Shown one piece after another: positions 47,151-57,464 of a stretch of 64,000 nt of DNA. Position 1 is the stretch's first letter, and every line of letters starts with the position of its first letter. A program made the translations under genes and the position numbers. The DNA lies in NCBI GenBank assembly GCA_963716725.1, contig CAVQUB010000018.1, positions 1-64,000 on the forward strand. Direction: 5' to 3'. The notes beneath the pieces were generated by a model, which searched no databases, was not told the DNA's origin, and saw only the letters and a program-made list of their open reading frames with translations. Origin of the DNA: an uncultured delta proteobacterium (GTDB taxonomy: Bacteria > Myxococcota_A > Polyangia > Polyangiales > Polyangiaceae).

Positions 47151-49217
47151 TCACTTGACCGAGACGCTACGGACGACGAAATTGTTGGCCTTGTCGTAGA
47201 CGCGCACGCTGAGCAGCGCGGCTCCCGGAGGCACGAAGCTCGAGACGTCCGCCTCGAAATCCTCGCTCTGCTGGTCGAAGATCCCGTCCTTGGAGTCGAA
47301 GGGGAACCAGTCGTCCGAGCCAGCGACGCTGATCTCGATGCGTTGGATCGGACCGACACCGTCGATGGCTCGCCCCTTCACGCGCCTCCCGGTCACCTGC
47401 AGGCCTTCGACCCGCGGCGGGGTGTTGTCGACCAGCAGGATGCCGCTCTCGAGCGTGTGCTTGCGGACTCGCCCGGGCGAGTTCGACAGTTCGTCGCTGG
47501 CGGTCACGCGCACGCGGTACTCGCCCTCGGGCAGCGTCGCCGTCTCCCAAGAGTAGGTCTCAGCCGTCAGCTTCTCGCCGGGCTTGAGCAGGTCATACCA
47601 AGTCGTGGAGCCCACCAGGCGGTAGTGCACGAGAAAGCGGAGCTTGTCCTTGTCCGGGTTGTCCACCTTCCAGTTCAGGGCGAGCTTGCTGCTCGGGCTG
47701 CCGTCGACTGGACCGCCGGACTGCGGCACTTCGCCCGCGGACGCCTTGGTCTTGGGTCCGGAGTCGATGCCCGTGATGACCGCGCGCAGGTTGTCGGTGA
47801 CGAAGGGGATCGTGACCTCGGACAAGACAGCGCTGGCGTCCTTGTTCCAGCGCGCCCGTACTTGGAAGTAACGCGCCGTAGGGGCGTCGATTGGCCCGGG
47901 CGCGGCCAGGGCCTTGCCCCATGCGCTCCAGGTGTCGTCCGGCTCTTTGGTGTTGCCGCTGCGCGTCGACAGCTCGAGAGCTGCGGTCGAAACCCAGCTC
48001 AATCGCCCCCACTTGGCGCGGATCCCGGCGTCGAGCACCTTGCTGGTCCAGATGCTGTCGGTGCCGCCAACGCCGCGCACCGGGTGCAGAACCGCCGGGT
48101 CACTGGCGGCCACGAACTTGTTCTTCCCTGACATGGACAGGGCGCCGATCATGCGCTCGTCAGTGTCGGCCACGAGCACGGAGTTGTGCGCGTCGTCCAC
48201 CGTGTAGACGCGCCCTTCGGCGCCGGTACCCACGTAGGGCTTTCCGTCGTCACCGAGCGTGAGGCTGGTGAAGTGTTCGTCCTTGTCGTCGAGCAGGGTG
48301 TCCGGGGTGCCGTCGGCTTCGAAGTGGACGAGCGTGCCCTTGCCCTTGGTCTTGGGTGGCTTCGAGGTCGGGCCGGCTGCTTCGGGGCCCACGCGGCCGG
48401 AGCGCGTCGGCACGTAGGCGCCCGACGAAATCTCGTTGGCGATGGCGTAAACGTCACCCTTGGCGCCGACGGCGATGGCGCGCACCTCGGTACGACCGAA
48501 GTCGTGCATCACGCTGCCTCGACCGGGGGCGGTGATCTTGTAGAGCTTGGCCTTGTCGCTCGCACCCGCGTAGACGGTGCCGTCAGCGGCGACCGCGACG
48601 CTCATCAGGTGCTGCTCGGCGGCGTCGAAATGGACCTGCGCCGTGCCGTTCTGATCGACCCGGTACAGCTTGCCCTCGGGGCCCGTGGCCGCGAAGACAC
48701 TCTTCGACTTCTTGTCGAAAGCCACCGCCCAGACGTGCTCGACGCCCTTGATGCTGACCAAGTCGGTGACCTTGCCGCGGTCCAACTTCATCAGCTTGCC
48801 GTCGGGCATCGTGCCCATCACCACGGTGCCGCCCCAGGCCTCGGTGAGGGAGGTGATGACCAGCGCCTTGGTCTCGGCCACCGTGCTGATCTTGCCGTCC
48901 TTCAGCCGGAGCAGCTTGCCTTCGTTGCCGGTGCCCATGAGCACGCCGCCGTCCTTCTCGGGCAGTGTCGCCCAGATGGTCGAGGCGTCGCTCACGGGGC
49001 TAGCGCCCAGGGTGAGGCCGGCGCGCACCTTGCCGCTGGAGTCGACGGCCACCCCCTTGAGGTCACCACCTTTGAAGTCCTCGCCCTGGTCCAGCAGGAA
49101 GGTACGCGTGCCCACCGCGGTAGCGTCGGCTGCGCCGAGCAGCGCGGCGACGCCCACCGAAAAGGCGGTCAGCCCAAGCAAGGTGTTCTTTGCCCAATGA
49201 GTCCTGTCACAAGCCAC
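47151..49217 (-). CDS. Secreted beta-propeller protein with a C-terminal FN3/Ig-like region
   Basis: Signal peptide; repeats GTGNEGKL, ATGPEGKLY, GASDKAKLY, GTGAEGRVY; LPEGEYRVRVTASD...DNTPP. Confidence 0.8.
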   Translation of the reverse strand: MACDRTHWAKNTLLGLTAFSVGVAALLGAADATAVGTRTFLLDQGEDFKGGDLKGVAVDSSGKVRAGLTLGASPVSDASTIWATLPEKDGGVLMGTGNEGKLLRLKDGKISTVAETKALVITSLTEAWGGTVVMGTMPDGKLMKLDRGKVTDLVSIKGVEHVWAVAFDKKSKSVFAATGPEGKLYRVDQNGTAQVHFDAAEQHLMSVAVAADGTVYAGASDKAKLYKITAPGRGSVMHDFGRTEVRAIAVGAKGDVYAIANEISSGAYVPTRSGRVGPEAAGPTSKPPKTKGKGTLVHFEADGTPDTLLDDKDEHFTSLTLGDDGKPYVGTGAEGRVYTVDDAHNSVLVADTDERMIGALSMSGKNKFVAASDPAVLHPVRGVGGTDSIWTSKVLDAGIRAKWGRLSWVSTAALELSTRSGNTKEPDDTWSAWGKALAAPGPIDAPTARYFQVRARWNKDASAVLSEVTIPFVTDNLRAVITGIDSGPKTKASAGEVPQSGGPVDGSPSSKLALNWKVDNPDKDKLRFLVHYRLVGSTTWYDLLKPGEKLTAETYSWETATLPEGEYRVRVTASDELSNSPGRVRKHTLESGILLVDNTPPRVEGLQVTGRRVKGRAIDGVGPIQRIEISVAGSDDWFPFDSKDGIFDQQSEDFEADVSSFVPPGAALLSVRVYDKANNFVVRSVSVK

Positions 49218-49265
49218 GGTCGAGCCTTACCCTTTTCATCTAGTTGCGAGGTCTGTTCGCGAGTC

Positions 49266-51143
49266 TCAGCGCAAGATCGGTTTGACGACCACGTCGACGC
49301 GGTCTTGCCCCACCATGAACTCACCCAGCGGGATCACGGTTCGGACCTCGGAGCGGAACGAGTCCGGAGCCACCGACGCGGTGGTTGGCCGGATGGCGTC
49401 CAGCGCGCCCGGCGGCAGGTTCTTCGCGATCCGCCCTTTGTAGGCCACCGCGCCGGCCTGATCCTGATACGAAACCACGATGCTCTTGACGGGGAAGAGC
49501 GGGTTCTGAAGGTTCTGCACGAGCTCGGACACGTTCTCGGGATCGGCGAGATCGCGGCGCTCGAGATAGCCCGGACCGATCTGGAGCGACACCGTCTTGC
49601 CCGCCAGGTGCTTGGGCAGCGCCACGCTCACGATCTTGGTGATGGTCTTGCCGGCGTAGGGCACCAGCGTCAGGCGGATGCGGGCGCGCTCCCCAGCGTC
49701 CACCTCGGGATCGAGCAGCTCCGCGCCGCGCAGGCGCAGGATCTCGCGCGCGTACTTGAGCTCGATCTCCATCTCGGCGCCCTCGATGATGACGGGCTCC
49801 CAGGCGTTGTTGAGCAGGCTGCCCACCGCCCGGGACAAATTCGATCGGATGAACTCGTTGGGATCGGGCGTGCCGCCGATGCTGACGCCGAAGTCCTCGA
49901 GCACGATGGTCCCGTGGTTCTGGACGCGCAGCTTGCTCTTGGCGGTCCAGCTCACGTCCTGCTTCTCGTTGGCAGTGGCCTGTAGCGCGCTGCCGAGGGC
50001 GATGGCCAGGAAGGCCGGCGTCATGAACTTCTCGTGCGCGACCTCGAAGGTCCAGCTCTGGTCGGGCGCGCCCGGGACCCCTTTGATCCTCATCTTGACG
50101 GGAATGACGGGAGCCTTCGCCGAGTGCGACACCACGATGCTGGCCTGGCGATCGGCCACCAGCGCACCCACCGGCCGAACAGCCATGCCGATCTTGAAGG
50201 ATCGCTGGTCGCTCGCCAAAAACCAGAGCACGCGTCCGATGGCGGTGGGCAGGGCCGTGACGCCGGACTCCATCATGGGGTGACCGAAGGCGACGAGTTT
50301 GTCTCCCTCGACGCGGGTCACGGTTCCGAGTCCCTGCGCGCTCATCTCACCGCGGATGAGCTGCACGCCAATGGCGCCACCGTCGACGTAGCGCGTGGGC
50401 GCGTCCTTCTCGACGTCGCCGCCGCCGCCGGCCTGCAGCGGCTCGAGGCCGAGGGGAGAGAGCAGCTCCTTGGCCAGCTCGACGGCGCCGGCGGTCATGC
50501 CGCCGATCATGAGCGGCGTCGATACCGGGGTCGCCGAACCGAGTCCGCCGCCCGTGGACTTCTGCTGGCGCTTCGCGAGCTGCTTGGCGTGCTCGCCGAG
50601 GTCGTAGCCCGAGATGTTGCCGGCGAAGCGGATCTGCGAAGTGCCGCGCGATGCGTGCTTCTGTTTCTTCGCGGCGCCCCGGGGCAAGGCATGCAGGGGC
50701 CAACCGTCGACGGTCTTCGGCAAGGGCCGTTCCATCTCGTCGAGCATGTTCCGGATCGGCGTGACTCCCGCCACCGGCTCCTTGCCGAAGGTCCAGCCAT
50801 AGGCATAAGCGCCGATCATCTTGCCGTTGATGTAGATGGGGCTGCCGCTCATGCCGGCGACGACCTTGACGATCTCGAGCCGAGGGTGCTTGGTCTTGAT
50901 CAAGATCAGCTCTTGGCGCGGCCGGAAGTTCTTCAGAACGTCGATGATCTCGACATCGAACTTCTCTGGCTTGGTGCCCTCGAACACGGTCAGGCCGTAG
51001 CCCTTCATTCCCGGCTTGATGTCCTTCACCGGCATCACGTCGGCGCGGGTGGCGGTGCCTTCGGCTTGGGCGCTCCGCAGCACGGGCAGCGGGGCCAACA
51101 GGCCGATCAAGGCCGTCGCAGCGATCAGGATGGGAAAACGCAC
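49266..51143 (-). CDS. SpoIVB peptidase S55 domain protein (secreted)
   Basis: GMKGYGLTVFEG, VAGMSGSPIYINGKMIGA (catalytic Ser motif), GTVT...AFGHP. Confidence 0.88.
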   Translation of the reverse strand: MRFPILIAATALIGLLAPLPVLRSAQAEGTATRADVMPVKDIKPGMKGYGLTVFEGTKPEKFDVEIIDVLKNFRPRQELILIKTKHPRLEIVKVVAGMSGSPIYINGKMIGAYAYGWTFGKEPVAGVTPIRNMLDEMERPLPKTVDGWPLHALPRGAAKKQKHASRGTSQIRFAGNISGYDLGEHAKQLAKRQQKSTGGGLGSATPVSTPLMIGGMTAGAVELAKELLSPLGLEPLQAGGGGDVEKDAPTRYVDGGAIGVQLIRGEMSAQGLGTVTRVEGDKLVAFGHPMMESGVTALPTAIGRVLWFLASDQRSFKIGMAVRPVGALVADRQASIVVSHSAKAPVIPVKMRIKGVPGAPDQSWTFEVAHEKFMTPAFLAIALGSALQATANEKQDVSWTAKSKLRVQNHGTIVLEDFGVSIGGTPDPNEFIRSNLSRAVGSLLNNAWEPVIIEGAEMEIELKYAREILRLRGAELLDPEVDAGERARIRLTLVPYAGKTITKIVSVALPKHLAGKTVSLQIGPGYLERRDLADPENVSELVQNLQNPLFPVKSIVVSYQDQAGAVAYKGRIAKNLPPGALDAIRPTTASVAPDSFRSEVRTVIPLGEFMVGQDRVDVVVKPILR

Positions 51144-51280
51144 GGTGCGGCAGTCTAGCAGGGGTCCGGGCGGCGGTTCCGAAAAGACGCGCTGCAAAAA
51201 AGGGGCGCCAAACCCCCGCCCTCCCCCGGTACCGCGGGGCCGGATTGGGCCGCGGAGCAATCGTCAGTAGGCTCCGGGAC

Positions 51281-51517
51281 GTGGACGCCGTGGTCTTGGT
51301 CGCACTCGCCCTGTCCTTCGCCAGTCTGGTGACAGCCCACCTCGCCCTCGCCTTCGGCCTCACCCTGGCCCGCCCGCGCTGGCGGGGCCCGCTGGCCTTC
51401 TTCGTCCCGCCGCTGGCGCCGTACTGGGGAATGGAAGCCGGCATGAAGCGCCGCGCTGGGATCTGGGTCACGGCCCTCGTGATCTACTCCCTCGCGCGTA
51501 TCGTGGCGGAGCTGTGA
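51281..51517 (+). CDS. Small membrane protein
   Basis: GTG start; three hydrophobic segments; TGATG coupling to the next gene. Confidence 0.65.
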   Translation: MDAVVLVALALSFASLVTAHLALAFGLTLARPRWRGPLAFFVPPLAPYWGMEAGMKRRAGIWVTALVIYSLARIVAEL

Positions 51518-52098
51518 TGGAGACGGTCGTCGCGGAGTTCATCGCCTTCGTGCGCCAGCGGGCGATGCCCGCGCAGTTCGTCTCAGCCTACGAGCAGATC
51601 GCGCAACAGTTCTTGGCGGCGTTCCCCCAGGTCCCGCCCGCGCACTTTGGCCCGGAAGAAGTGGATGCCTTCTTGAAGCGGGCGGCGCGGGGGGGAGCGA
51701 GTGAACAACAGCTGAGGAACGCGCGCACGGCGGCCGAGGCGCTGGTTTGGTATTTGAAGCACCGCGCTCGCCCCTCCCTGCAACCGCCGCCGGCCTCGAC
51801 GACTCGCAGCGAAGAACGCGTCTCGTTCATCCGCGACGTCGAGGTCACGGACTTGGGCGCGTGCCGCAGCTCCGACCTGAGCTCGCGCGGCATCTTCGTG
51901 GAGACGCTGGCGGCGCTGAACGTCGGCGACCAGCTCGAGCTTCGCTTTCGCCTCGAGCAGAACGACCCGCCGATCACGGTCCTCGCTCGCGTCGTCTACT
52001 CGCACCCGATGGGCGGAGGGCTGTCGTTTCGCGAGGTGCCCCCCGGGGTCCAAGCACGCATCGATCGCTACATGGCCATGGCTCGCGGCACGGATTGA
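51517..52098 (+). CDS. PilZ domain protein with an N-terminal integrase core-binding (SAM-like) helical domain
   Basis: PilZ RSEER (RxxxR) and DLSSRG (DxSxxG), ARVV, GLSF; N-terminus follows the integrase N-terminal pattern F..F....Y....FL...P...EEVDAFL...S....N....A. Confidence 0.75.
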   Translation: METVVAEFIAFVRQRAMPAQFVSAYEQIAQQFLAAFPQVPPAHFGPEEVDAFLKRAARGGASEQQLRNARTAAEALVWYLKHRARPSLQPPPASTTRSEERVSFIRDVEVTDLGACRSSDLSSRGIFVETLAALNVGDQLELRFRLEQNDPPITVLARVVYSHPMGGGLSFREVPPGVQARIDRYMAMARGTD

Positions 52099-52137
52099 GG
52101 CTTGCGGCCGGCGGTCGGCGGGGCAATAGCGGCGGGC

Positions 52138-52887
52138 ATGTGGAAGTCGATGGTCTCGGTCCCAGCCGCCCTGCTTGCCACCCTGCTCGCGCTGCCATCG
52201 TCTGCGCAAGACGCGCCGGCGAAGCCCAAGAGCTTCGAGTCGTCGGCGGGGCTCAAGCTGCTCGCGGGCGGTAACGTGTGGTCAACCCCCGGCGACGTGC
52301 CCGGCGGCTACGACGGCTTGGGGTTCTCCGACAGCGGCGGCGGCTTCGGCTGGGGCGGCGCGGCCTACTACGAGGCGCGCTTCATCGGCCACCTCGGGCT
52401 CGAACTCGACCTCGGCTACGACAGCTCGACGCTGCAGCGCGACGTGACCTACAACGCCACCGTCAAGGTGCGCGAGAAGGTCACGATGAGCGGGCTGCGC
52501 GCCGGGCTCTTGGCCAAGGGCATCTTGCCGACACCCTTCGGCCGCTTGTGGCTGGGCCTGGGGCCCGAGCTAGTGACGGGCGGCAGCGTCAGCGCCAAGA
52601 ACGAGATCACCAGGAACCGGCAGCTCGTCGCCAACGCCGATGAAGTCGAGGGCCTGATCAGCGCCAAGAGCAAGAGCTCGACCATGATCACCTTCGCCTT
52701 CGGGATGGCGATCCACCTCGGCGACCACCTGGAGATCCCGGTGGATCTCCGCGCTGCGAAGAACCTGTCGCAAGACAGCGACTGGCCCGACCGCGTCAAG
52801 ATCAACAACGCGACCAACGAGTACGAGGTCACCGCCCAGAGCAGCTGGGACTTCCGGCTCGCAACCGGGCTCGGCTATCGGTTCTGA
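52138..52887 (+). CDS. Outer membrane beta-barrel protein
   Basis: Signal peptide; alternating beta strands; C-terminal GLGYRF. Confidence 0.75.
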   Translation: MWKSMVSVPAALLATLLALPSSAQDAPAKPKSFESSAGLKLLAGGNVWSTPGDVPGGYDGLGFSDSGGGFGWGGAAYYEARFIGHLGLELDLGYDSSTLQRDVTYNATVKVREKVTMSGLRAGLLAKGILPTPFGRLWLGLGPELVTGGSVSAKNEITRNRQLVANADEVEGLISAKSKSSTMITFAFGMAIHLGDHLEIPVDLRAAKNLSQDSDWPDRVKINNATNEYEVTAQSSWDFRLATGLGYRF

Positions 52888-54450
52888 TCAGCGGTAGACG
52901 AAGGCGACGCTGCGATAGCGCTCGAGCAAATCCGGCGCCGACGCGCCGACTTCGAGCTCGAGGTCGAGCCCGCTCTCGTACTCGACGACGTCGCTGAGCA
53001 GGTGCCAGCGGCAGCCCGTCACCTGGCCTTGGCTGCCCCCGGAGGCGATGCCCCAGGCCGCCGCGAAGGGCGAGGCAAAGGCCCCGGTGAAGAAATAGAA
53101 CGCGCCGTCGAGGTAGTCTTCGGTTCCCGTCCCGGCGGTGCGGTCGCCGTCGAGGGTGAAGCGCTCGTCGCCTTCGAGGAAGTTGAAGGGATCCGTGAAG
53201 CCTTCGCCGGTGCGGCCCGCCAGCGTGAGGCACACGCCCGCCAGCCTCCCGGATCCCTCGACCTTCGCGATGGGGTGGGTCGCGGCGGCCGCCGCGGTCT
53301 CGTGGCGCACGACGTGGAGCGTGCGAAAGGGTGCAGCGGGCGCGCTCGACTCGCCGGTGAAGTGCAGCGCGAGGCTCGCGCTCTGGGAGCCGCGGTTCTC
53401 GACGCTCCAGATCTGACGCGACGCGCTCGGGATCGGCAGGCGCAGCTCGAGGCCCGGGCCCAGCGCGAGCGTGCGCCCGGTGGGCGAGGTGGCGCTCGCG
53501 GCAAAGAGCTCGAGCAGCGGCAGCGAGGCGGTCGTCACGCCGTCGACCTCGAGCGTGAGCCAGAGATCCGCGAGCTCGCTCGACGACTCGACGCGCGCGC
53601 TCTGCACGGTGACGGGGCCCTTCATGTCTGCGGCGTCGACGCTCTGGCCCGGCGCGAGGCTCAGCTCGATGGGCGGGCCGAGCGGCGGGAAGGTTTCAGG
53701 AGTGGTCGCGCTCGCGATGGCGAGATCCCGCGCCGGCAAGCGCGATTGACTTGCCGATCGCGGCCCGTCGCTCAACAGCACGTCGGATTGGTGATAGTAG
53801 AGGTCGAAGGGTCCGAGACCATCGACGGCGACGATCAGCTTCTTGGCGAACACCACCGGGTACCTCCAGGCCAAGCGGTCATTGGCGCCGAGCCCGAAGG
53901 GCGGCGCGAACATCTCGCCGAGCAATCCGTCGACCACCGCCGCGAGCGACGCCTGCACCCGCGGCACCGGATCGTCGTCGACGTACAGCCGCAGGATCTC
54001 GTCGTCGAAGGGCATGTGCGGCAGCGAGAACGCGGTCATCCAGAGGCGCACCAGCTCCCCGCTGCCCTCGAAGCGCGAGAGCACGGCGCCGCGCACGTAG
54101 CGCTCCGCGCAGGTGTCTTCGTCGAACACGTAGGGCACGACCTGCTCGTCGGCGATGGCCGCGTCGGCGCTCCGACACACGAAGTTGTTCATGTCGCGGT
54201 TGCCCGGGGCGACGTAGGTCAGCGTGGGCGGCCCGCCGCCCGGCCGCTCTCCGCTGTTCTGGTGCCCGCGCCCCACGCGGGCGGGCGACGGCAGGCTCGA
54301 GAGGCCGGAAAACCGCGCCAGCGCCGCTTCGTCCGCCAGCTCGGCGGGAACGATCACCCGCTTGGGATCGACGGGCTTGGCTGGCTCGGCGCGCTCCGAC
54401 TCGGAGCAACCGAAGCACAGAAGAGCCAGCGCGAGCGCAGCACGGGACAC
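52888..54450 (-). CDS. DUF2961 (GH172-like) lipoprotein
   Basis: Lipobox CFGC; GSGELVRLWMT, LYVDD, FLEGDE, GTGTEDYLDGAFYF, YRSVAFVY. Confidence 0.8.
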   Translation of the reverse strand: MSRAALALALLCFGCSESERAEPAKPVDPKRVIVPAELADEAALARFSGLSSLPSPARVGRGHQNSGERPGGGPPTLTYVAPGNRDMNNFVCRSADAAIADEQVVPYVFDEDTCAERYVRGAVLSRFEGSGELVRLWMTAFSLPHMPFDDEILRLYVDDDPVPRVQASLAAVVDGLLGEMFAPPFGLGANDRLAWRYPVVFAKKLIVAVDGLGPFDLYYHQSDVLLSDGPRSASQSRLPARDLAIASATTPETFPPLGPPIELSLAPGQSVDAADMKGPVTVQSARVESSSELADLWLTLEVDGVTTASLPLLELFAASATSPTGRTLALGPGLELRLPIPSASRQIWSVENRGSQSASLALHFTGESSAPAAPFRTLHVVRHETAAAAATHPIAKVEGSGRLAGVCLTLAGRTGEGFTDPFNFLEGDERFTLDGDRTAGTGTEDYLDGAFYFFTGAFASPFAAAWGIASGGSQGQVTGCRWHLLSDVVEYESGLDLELEVGASAPDLLERYRSVAFVYR

Positions 54451-54535
54451 GTGCCTTCCAGGCTACGCCGGCGATCGTCACGAGTCGACTCGCACGCTTC
54501 TCGGGTCGCGAGGCCTGGGCTAGCCTGGCCGCCGG

Positions 54536-57082
54536 ATGACGGAGGGCCCCAACGGGAAGCGCCGCGCGCTCGCGCCGTCGGCGGTGGCGCGCACGCTGAT
54601 GGGCCAAGCCGACGCCGCGCCGGACCTCCGTGATCGCGTCCAGACCCGGGCCGCGGGCGACGCGCTCACCGTCAACGCCAGCGCCGAGAGCGGGCCGCGC
54701 CCCTCGGCCCGCAACGCGCTGACCGTCGATGCCGGCGTCAGCGGCGCTGCGCCGCTCGTGTCGGACCCCGCATTGCCTCGTTACGAGGCGATGGGCGAGC
54801 TCGGCCGCGGCGGCATGGGCTGCGTGGACGAGGTCTTCGATCGCGTGCTCGGCCGTCCGGTCGCGCAGAAGCGCCTGCTACGCGTGGCCGATCCGCGGAA
54901 CGCGACCATGCTGGTGGCCGAAGCGCAGACCTGCGCGCAGCTCGAGCACCCGTCCATCGTACCGGTCTACGATCTGGACGCAGCCGCCGACGGTCGCCCG
55001 TTTTACACCATGCGGGTCGTGCGCGGCCGATCGCTGCGCGAGGTCATCGACGACAACGCGGACCAGAACAAAGCGCGCACCCCGCTGGCCCGGCTGCTCG
55101 GCACCTTCCGCCAGGTGTGCCTGGCCGTGGACTACGCCCACAGCCGCGGCGTGGTGCACCGGGATCTGAAGCCCGAGAACATCGTCGTCGGCGAGTTCGG
55201 CGAGGTTTACGTCGTCGACTGGGGCATCGCCCACCTGATCGAGGGCAGCGACGTGCGCCGCAGCGGCTACGCGCCGGCCATCGCTGGGACTCCGGCGTAC
55301 ATGGCGCCCGAGCAGATCTCCGGTGACGACCTCGACGGCCGCGCCGACGTGTTCGCGCTGGGCGTCATGCTCTTCGAGCTGCTCACCGGCGCGCGGCCCT
55401 TCTCGGACGACAGCGTGCAGGGCGTGCTGACCCGGCGCGGAAAGCGGGTCGACCGCGGGCCGAGTCTGATCGCGCCCGGCGGCGCGGTGCCGAGCTTCTT
55501 CGATCAGCTGGTGCTGGCCTGCCTTTCTCCCGAGAAGCACGGGCGACCGGGCCGCGCCCGGGTGATCGCCAGCACCATCGACGACTACCTCGATCAGGAG
55601 CGAGCCCGGGCCGAGCGTGAGCGCGAGGCGGCGGAGTACGCCCGCGAAGGCGACGCCGCGCGCGAGCGCTTCTCGACGGCCACCCAGGAGGCGCGAGAGC
55701 TCGAAGAGCGTGCCGAGGCGCTGCTCGCCGACGCCAAGCCCTGGCACGACGCCGCGAGCAAGGCGCCGGCGTGGGAGCTGAGCACGCGAGCGAGCGCGCT
55801 GCGATCGGACGCGGCCCGGGAGCGCGCCCGGGCGAGCGCGGCCTTCACCAGCGCCCTCGGTCGGGTCAGCGATCACCCGGCTGCCCGCGGCGGCCTGGCG
55901 CAGCTCCACTTCCACCAGTTCGTCGAGGCTGAAGAGGCCGGCGACGAGCAACGCATGGCGCAGTACCTGGATCTGGCTCGCGCCTACGACGACGGCGAGT
56001 TGGCGCTGGAGCTGCGAAACCAGGGGCAGCTCGAGATCGCGACCCGCCCCGCCGGCGCGCGGCTCCGCATCGCGCGGTACGCCCGGAAGGGCCCGCTCTT
56101 GGTGCTCGGCGAGGATCGCGATCTGGGAAGCGCGCCGGTGAGCGCGGGCTGGTTCGACGCGGGCTCGTACCTGATCAGCGCCGAAGTCGACGGGCGAAGT
56201 CTGCGCTACCCGCTGGTGATCCGCCGCGCGCAGCGTCACCTGATCGATCTGCGCCTGCCCGATCCGGACGAGCTCCCGGACGGCATGGTGCTCGTGCCCG
56301 GCGGCCCCTTCCTGAGCAACACCGATCCGCGCGCGCCCAAGCTCCGCGAGCTCGAGCTGCCGGATTTTTCCATCGGGCGCTTCCCGGTCACTCTGCGCGA
56401 GTACGGCGAGTACCTCGACGACCTCGCGGACGCGGAGCGCGAGCTGCGCATGCCGATCATCGACGGCGTGGCGGCCTATTCGCCCGAGACGCGGAGCTGG
56501 AAGACCGAGCTCTTCGTCTCGGGCGACGCGCTCCGGCACCTGCCTCCGGGCCGCGAGCTCGATCTGCCGGTGGTGGGCCTCCGCTGGAACGCGGCGCGGG
56601 CCTACGCCGCCTGGCTGGCGAAGCGGACCGGCCGGCCGTATCGCCTGCCCACCGACTCGGAGTGGGACAAGGCCATGCGCGGTGCGGACGGCCGGCCGTT
56701 CTCGATGGGCATTAAGCTGGATCCGGCATTTGCGAAGTTGAGGGATTCGCGGAAGGAGCTGCCCGCGCCCGAGGCCGTCGGGGCCTTCGCCAGCGATGAG
56801 TCGCCGTACGGGATCCGCGATCTGTGCGGCGGCGTGGGCGATTGGACCGAGACCGCCGCGGACGAGCTGCCGCTGCCGGATTTGGCTGAAGCCGACAGCG
56901 GCGACGCGGACTATCGGGTGGTGATCTGGCGCGGGGGGACCTGGTCCACGACGACGCCGACGTCGCCCATGCGCTACACGCAGGCGGTCCGGCAAACCGG
57001 TGCGTGGATCGGCTTTCGGCTCGCGCTCGGTGATCCGGCGACGGTGCCCTCGCGCACGGCCAGGAGCCCGCTCGCGGGGTGA
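54536..57082 (+). CDS. Ser/Thr kinase fused to an FGE-sulfatase (SUMF1) domain
   Basis: [75 protein letters not shown]. Confidence 0.9.
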   Translation: MTEGPNGKRRALAPSAVARTLMGQADAAPDLRDRVQTRAAGDALTVNASAESGPRPSARNALTVDAGVSGAAPLVSDPALPRYEAMGELGRGGMGCVDEVFDRVLGRPVAQKRLLRVADPRNATMLVAEAQTCAQLEHPSIVPVYDLDAAADGRPFYTMRVVRGRSLREVIDDNADQNKARTPLARLLGTFRQVCLAVDYAHSRGVVHRDLKPENIVVGEFGEVYVVDWGIAHLIEGSDVRRSGYAPAIAGTPAYMAPEQISGDDLDGRADVFALGVMLFELLTGARPFSDDSVQGVLTRRGKRVDRGPSLIAPGGAVPSFFDQLVLACLSPEKHGRPGRARVIASTIDDYLDQERARAEREREAAEYAREGDAARERFSTATQEARELEERAEALLADAKPWHDAASKAPAWELSTRASALRSDAARERARASAAFTSALGRVSDHPAARGGLAQLHFHQFVEAEEAGDEQRMAQYLDLARAYDDGELALELRNQGQLEIATRPAGARLRIARYARKGPLLVLGEDRDLGSAPVSAGWFDAGSYLISAEVDGRSLRYPLVIRRAQRHLIDLRLPDPDELPDGMVLVPGGPFLSNTDPRAPKLRELELPDFSIGRFPVTLREYGEYLDDLADAERELRMPIIDGVAAYSPETRSWKTELFVSGDALRHLPPGRELDLPVVGLRWNAARAYAAWLAKRTGRPYRLPTDSEWDKAMRGADGRPFSMGIKLDPAFAKLRDSRKELPAPEAVGAFASDESPYGIRDLCGGVGDWTETAADELPLPDLAEADSGDADYRVVIWRGGTWSTTTPTSPMRYTQAVRQTGAWIGFRLALGDPATVPSRTARSPLAG

Positions 57083-57215
57083 GTCCGGGCTTGCATCCGA
57101 GGCCCGGGCCGGCTCGACTACCCCGGCTCGCGCAGGCGCCACCGAGGGACGCGCCGGGAGACCGCAACAGCTGCGGCCTGCGCGAGCGCGGCTCACCGGC
57201 GCGGAGGAAACGACC

Positions 57216-57452
57216 ATGCCTGATGACGTAGACATCGACGATCGCGACGAGCCCGGCACCGACGCGCCGGCCATCATCCGCCGCCTGAACAAGGTTCTGG
57301 CCATTCAGAAGCGGGTGCTCGCCCGGCTGGAGCGGATCAAGCCCCACGTCCCCAACCCGGGCCCGCCGGAGCTGCCCACCGTGGTGAACCAGATCGTCGC
57401 CGAGGCGCAGAGGACCATCACCGTCGCACAGTCGATGCTGACCCGCGCCTGA
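57216..57452 (+). CDS. Small helical hypothetical protein (78 aa)
   Basis: RBS GGAGGA, ATG 57216, high GC3 codon usage, downstream terminator. Confidence 0.65.
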   Translation: MPDDVDIDDRDEPGTDAPAIIRRLNKVLAIQKRVLARLERIKPHVPNPGPPELPTVVNQIVAEAQRTITVAQSMLTRA

Positions 57453-57464
57453 TCGCAACCCCCG

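Noticed and set aside
51517..51770. Integrase or prophage remnant
   Set aside because: No catalytic R-H-x-x-R-Y domain, att site or phage genes; the domain is fused in frame to PilZ
54878..57304. Long antisense ORFs (also 34846..37380, 14754..16541, 48186..49985, 53002..54633)
   Set aside because: Typical stop-poor shadow frames opposite real genes in high-GC DNA; no motifs
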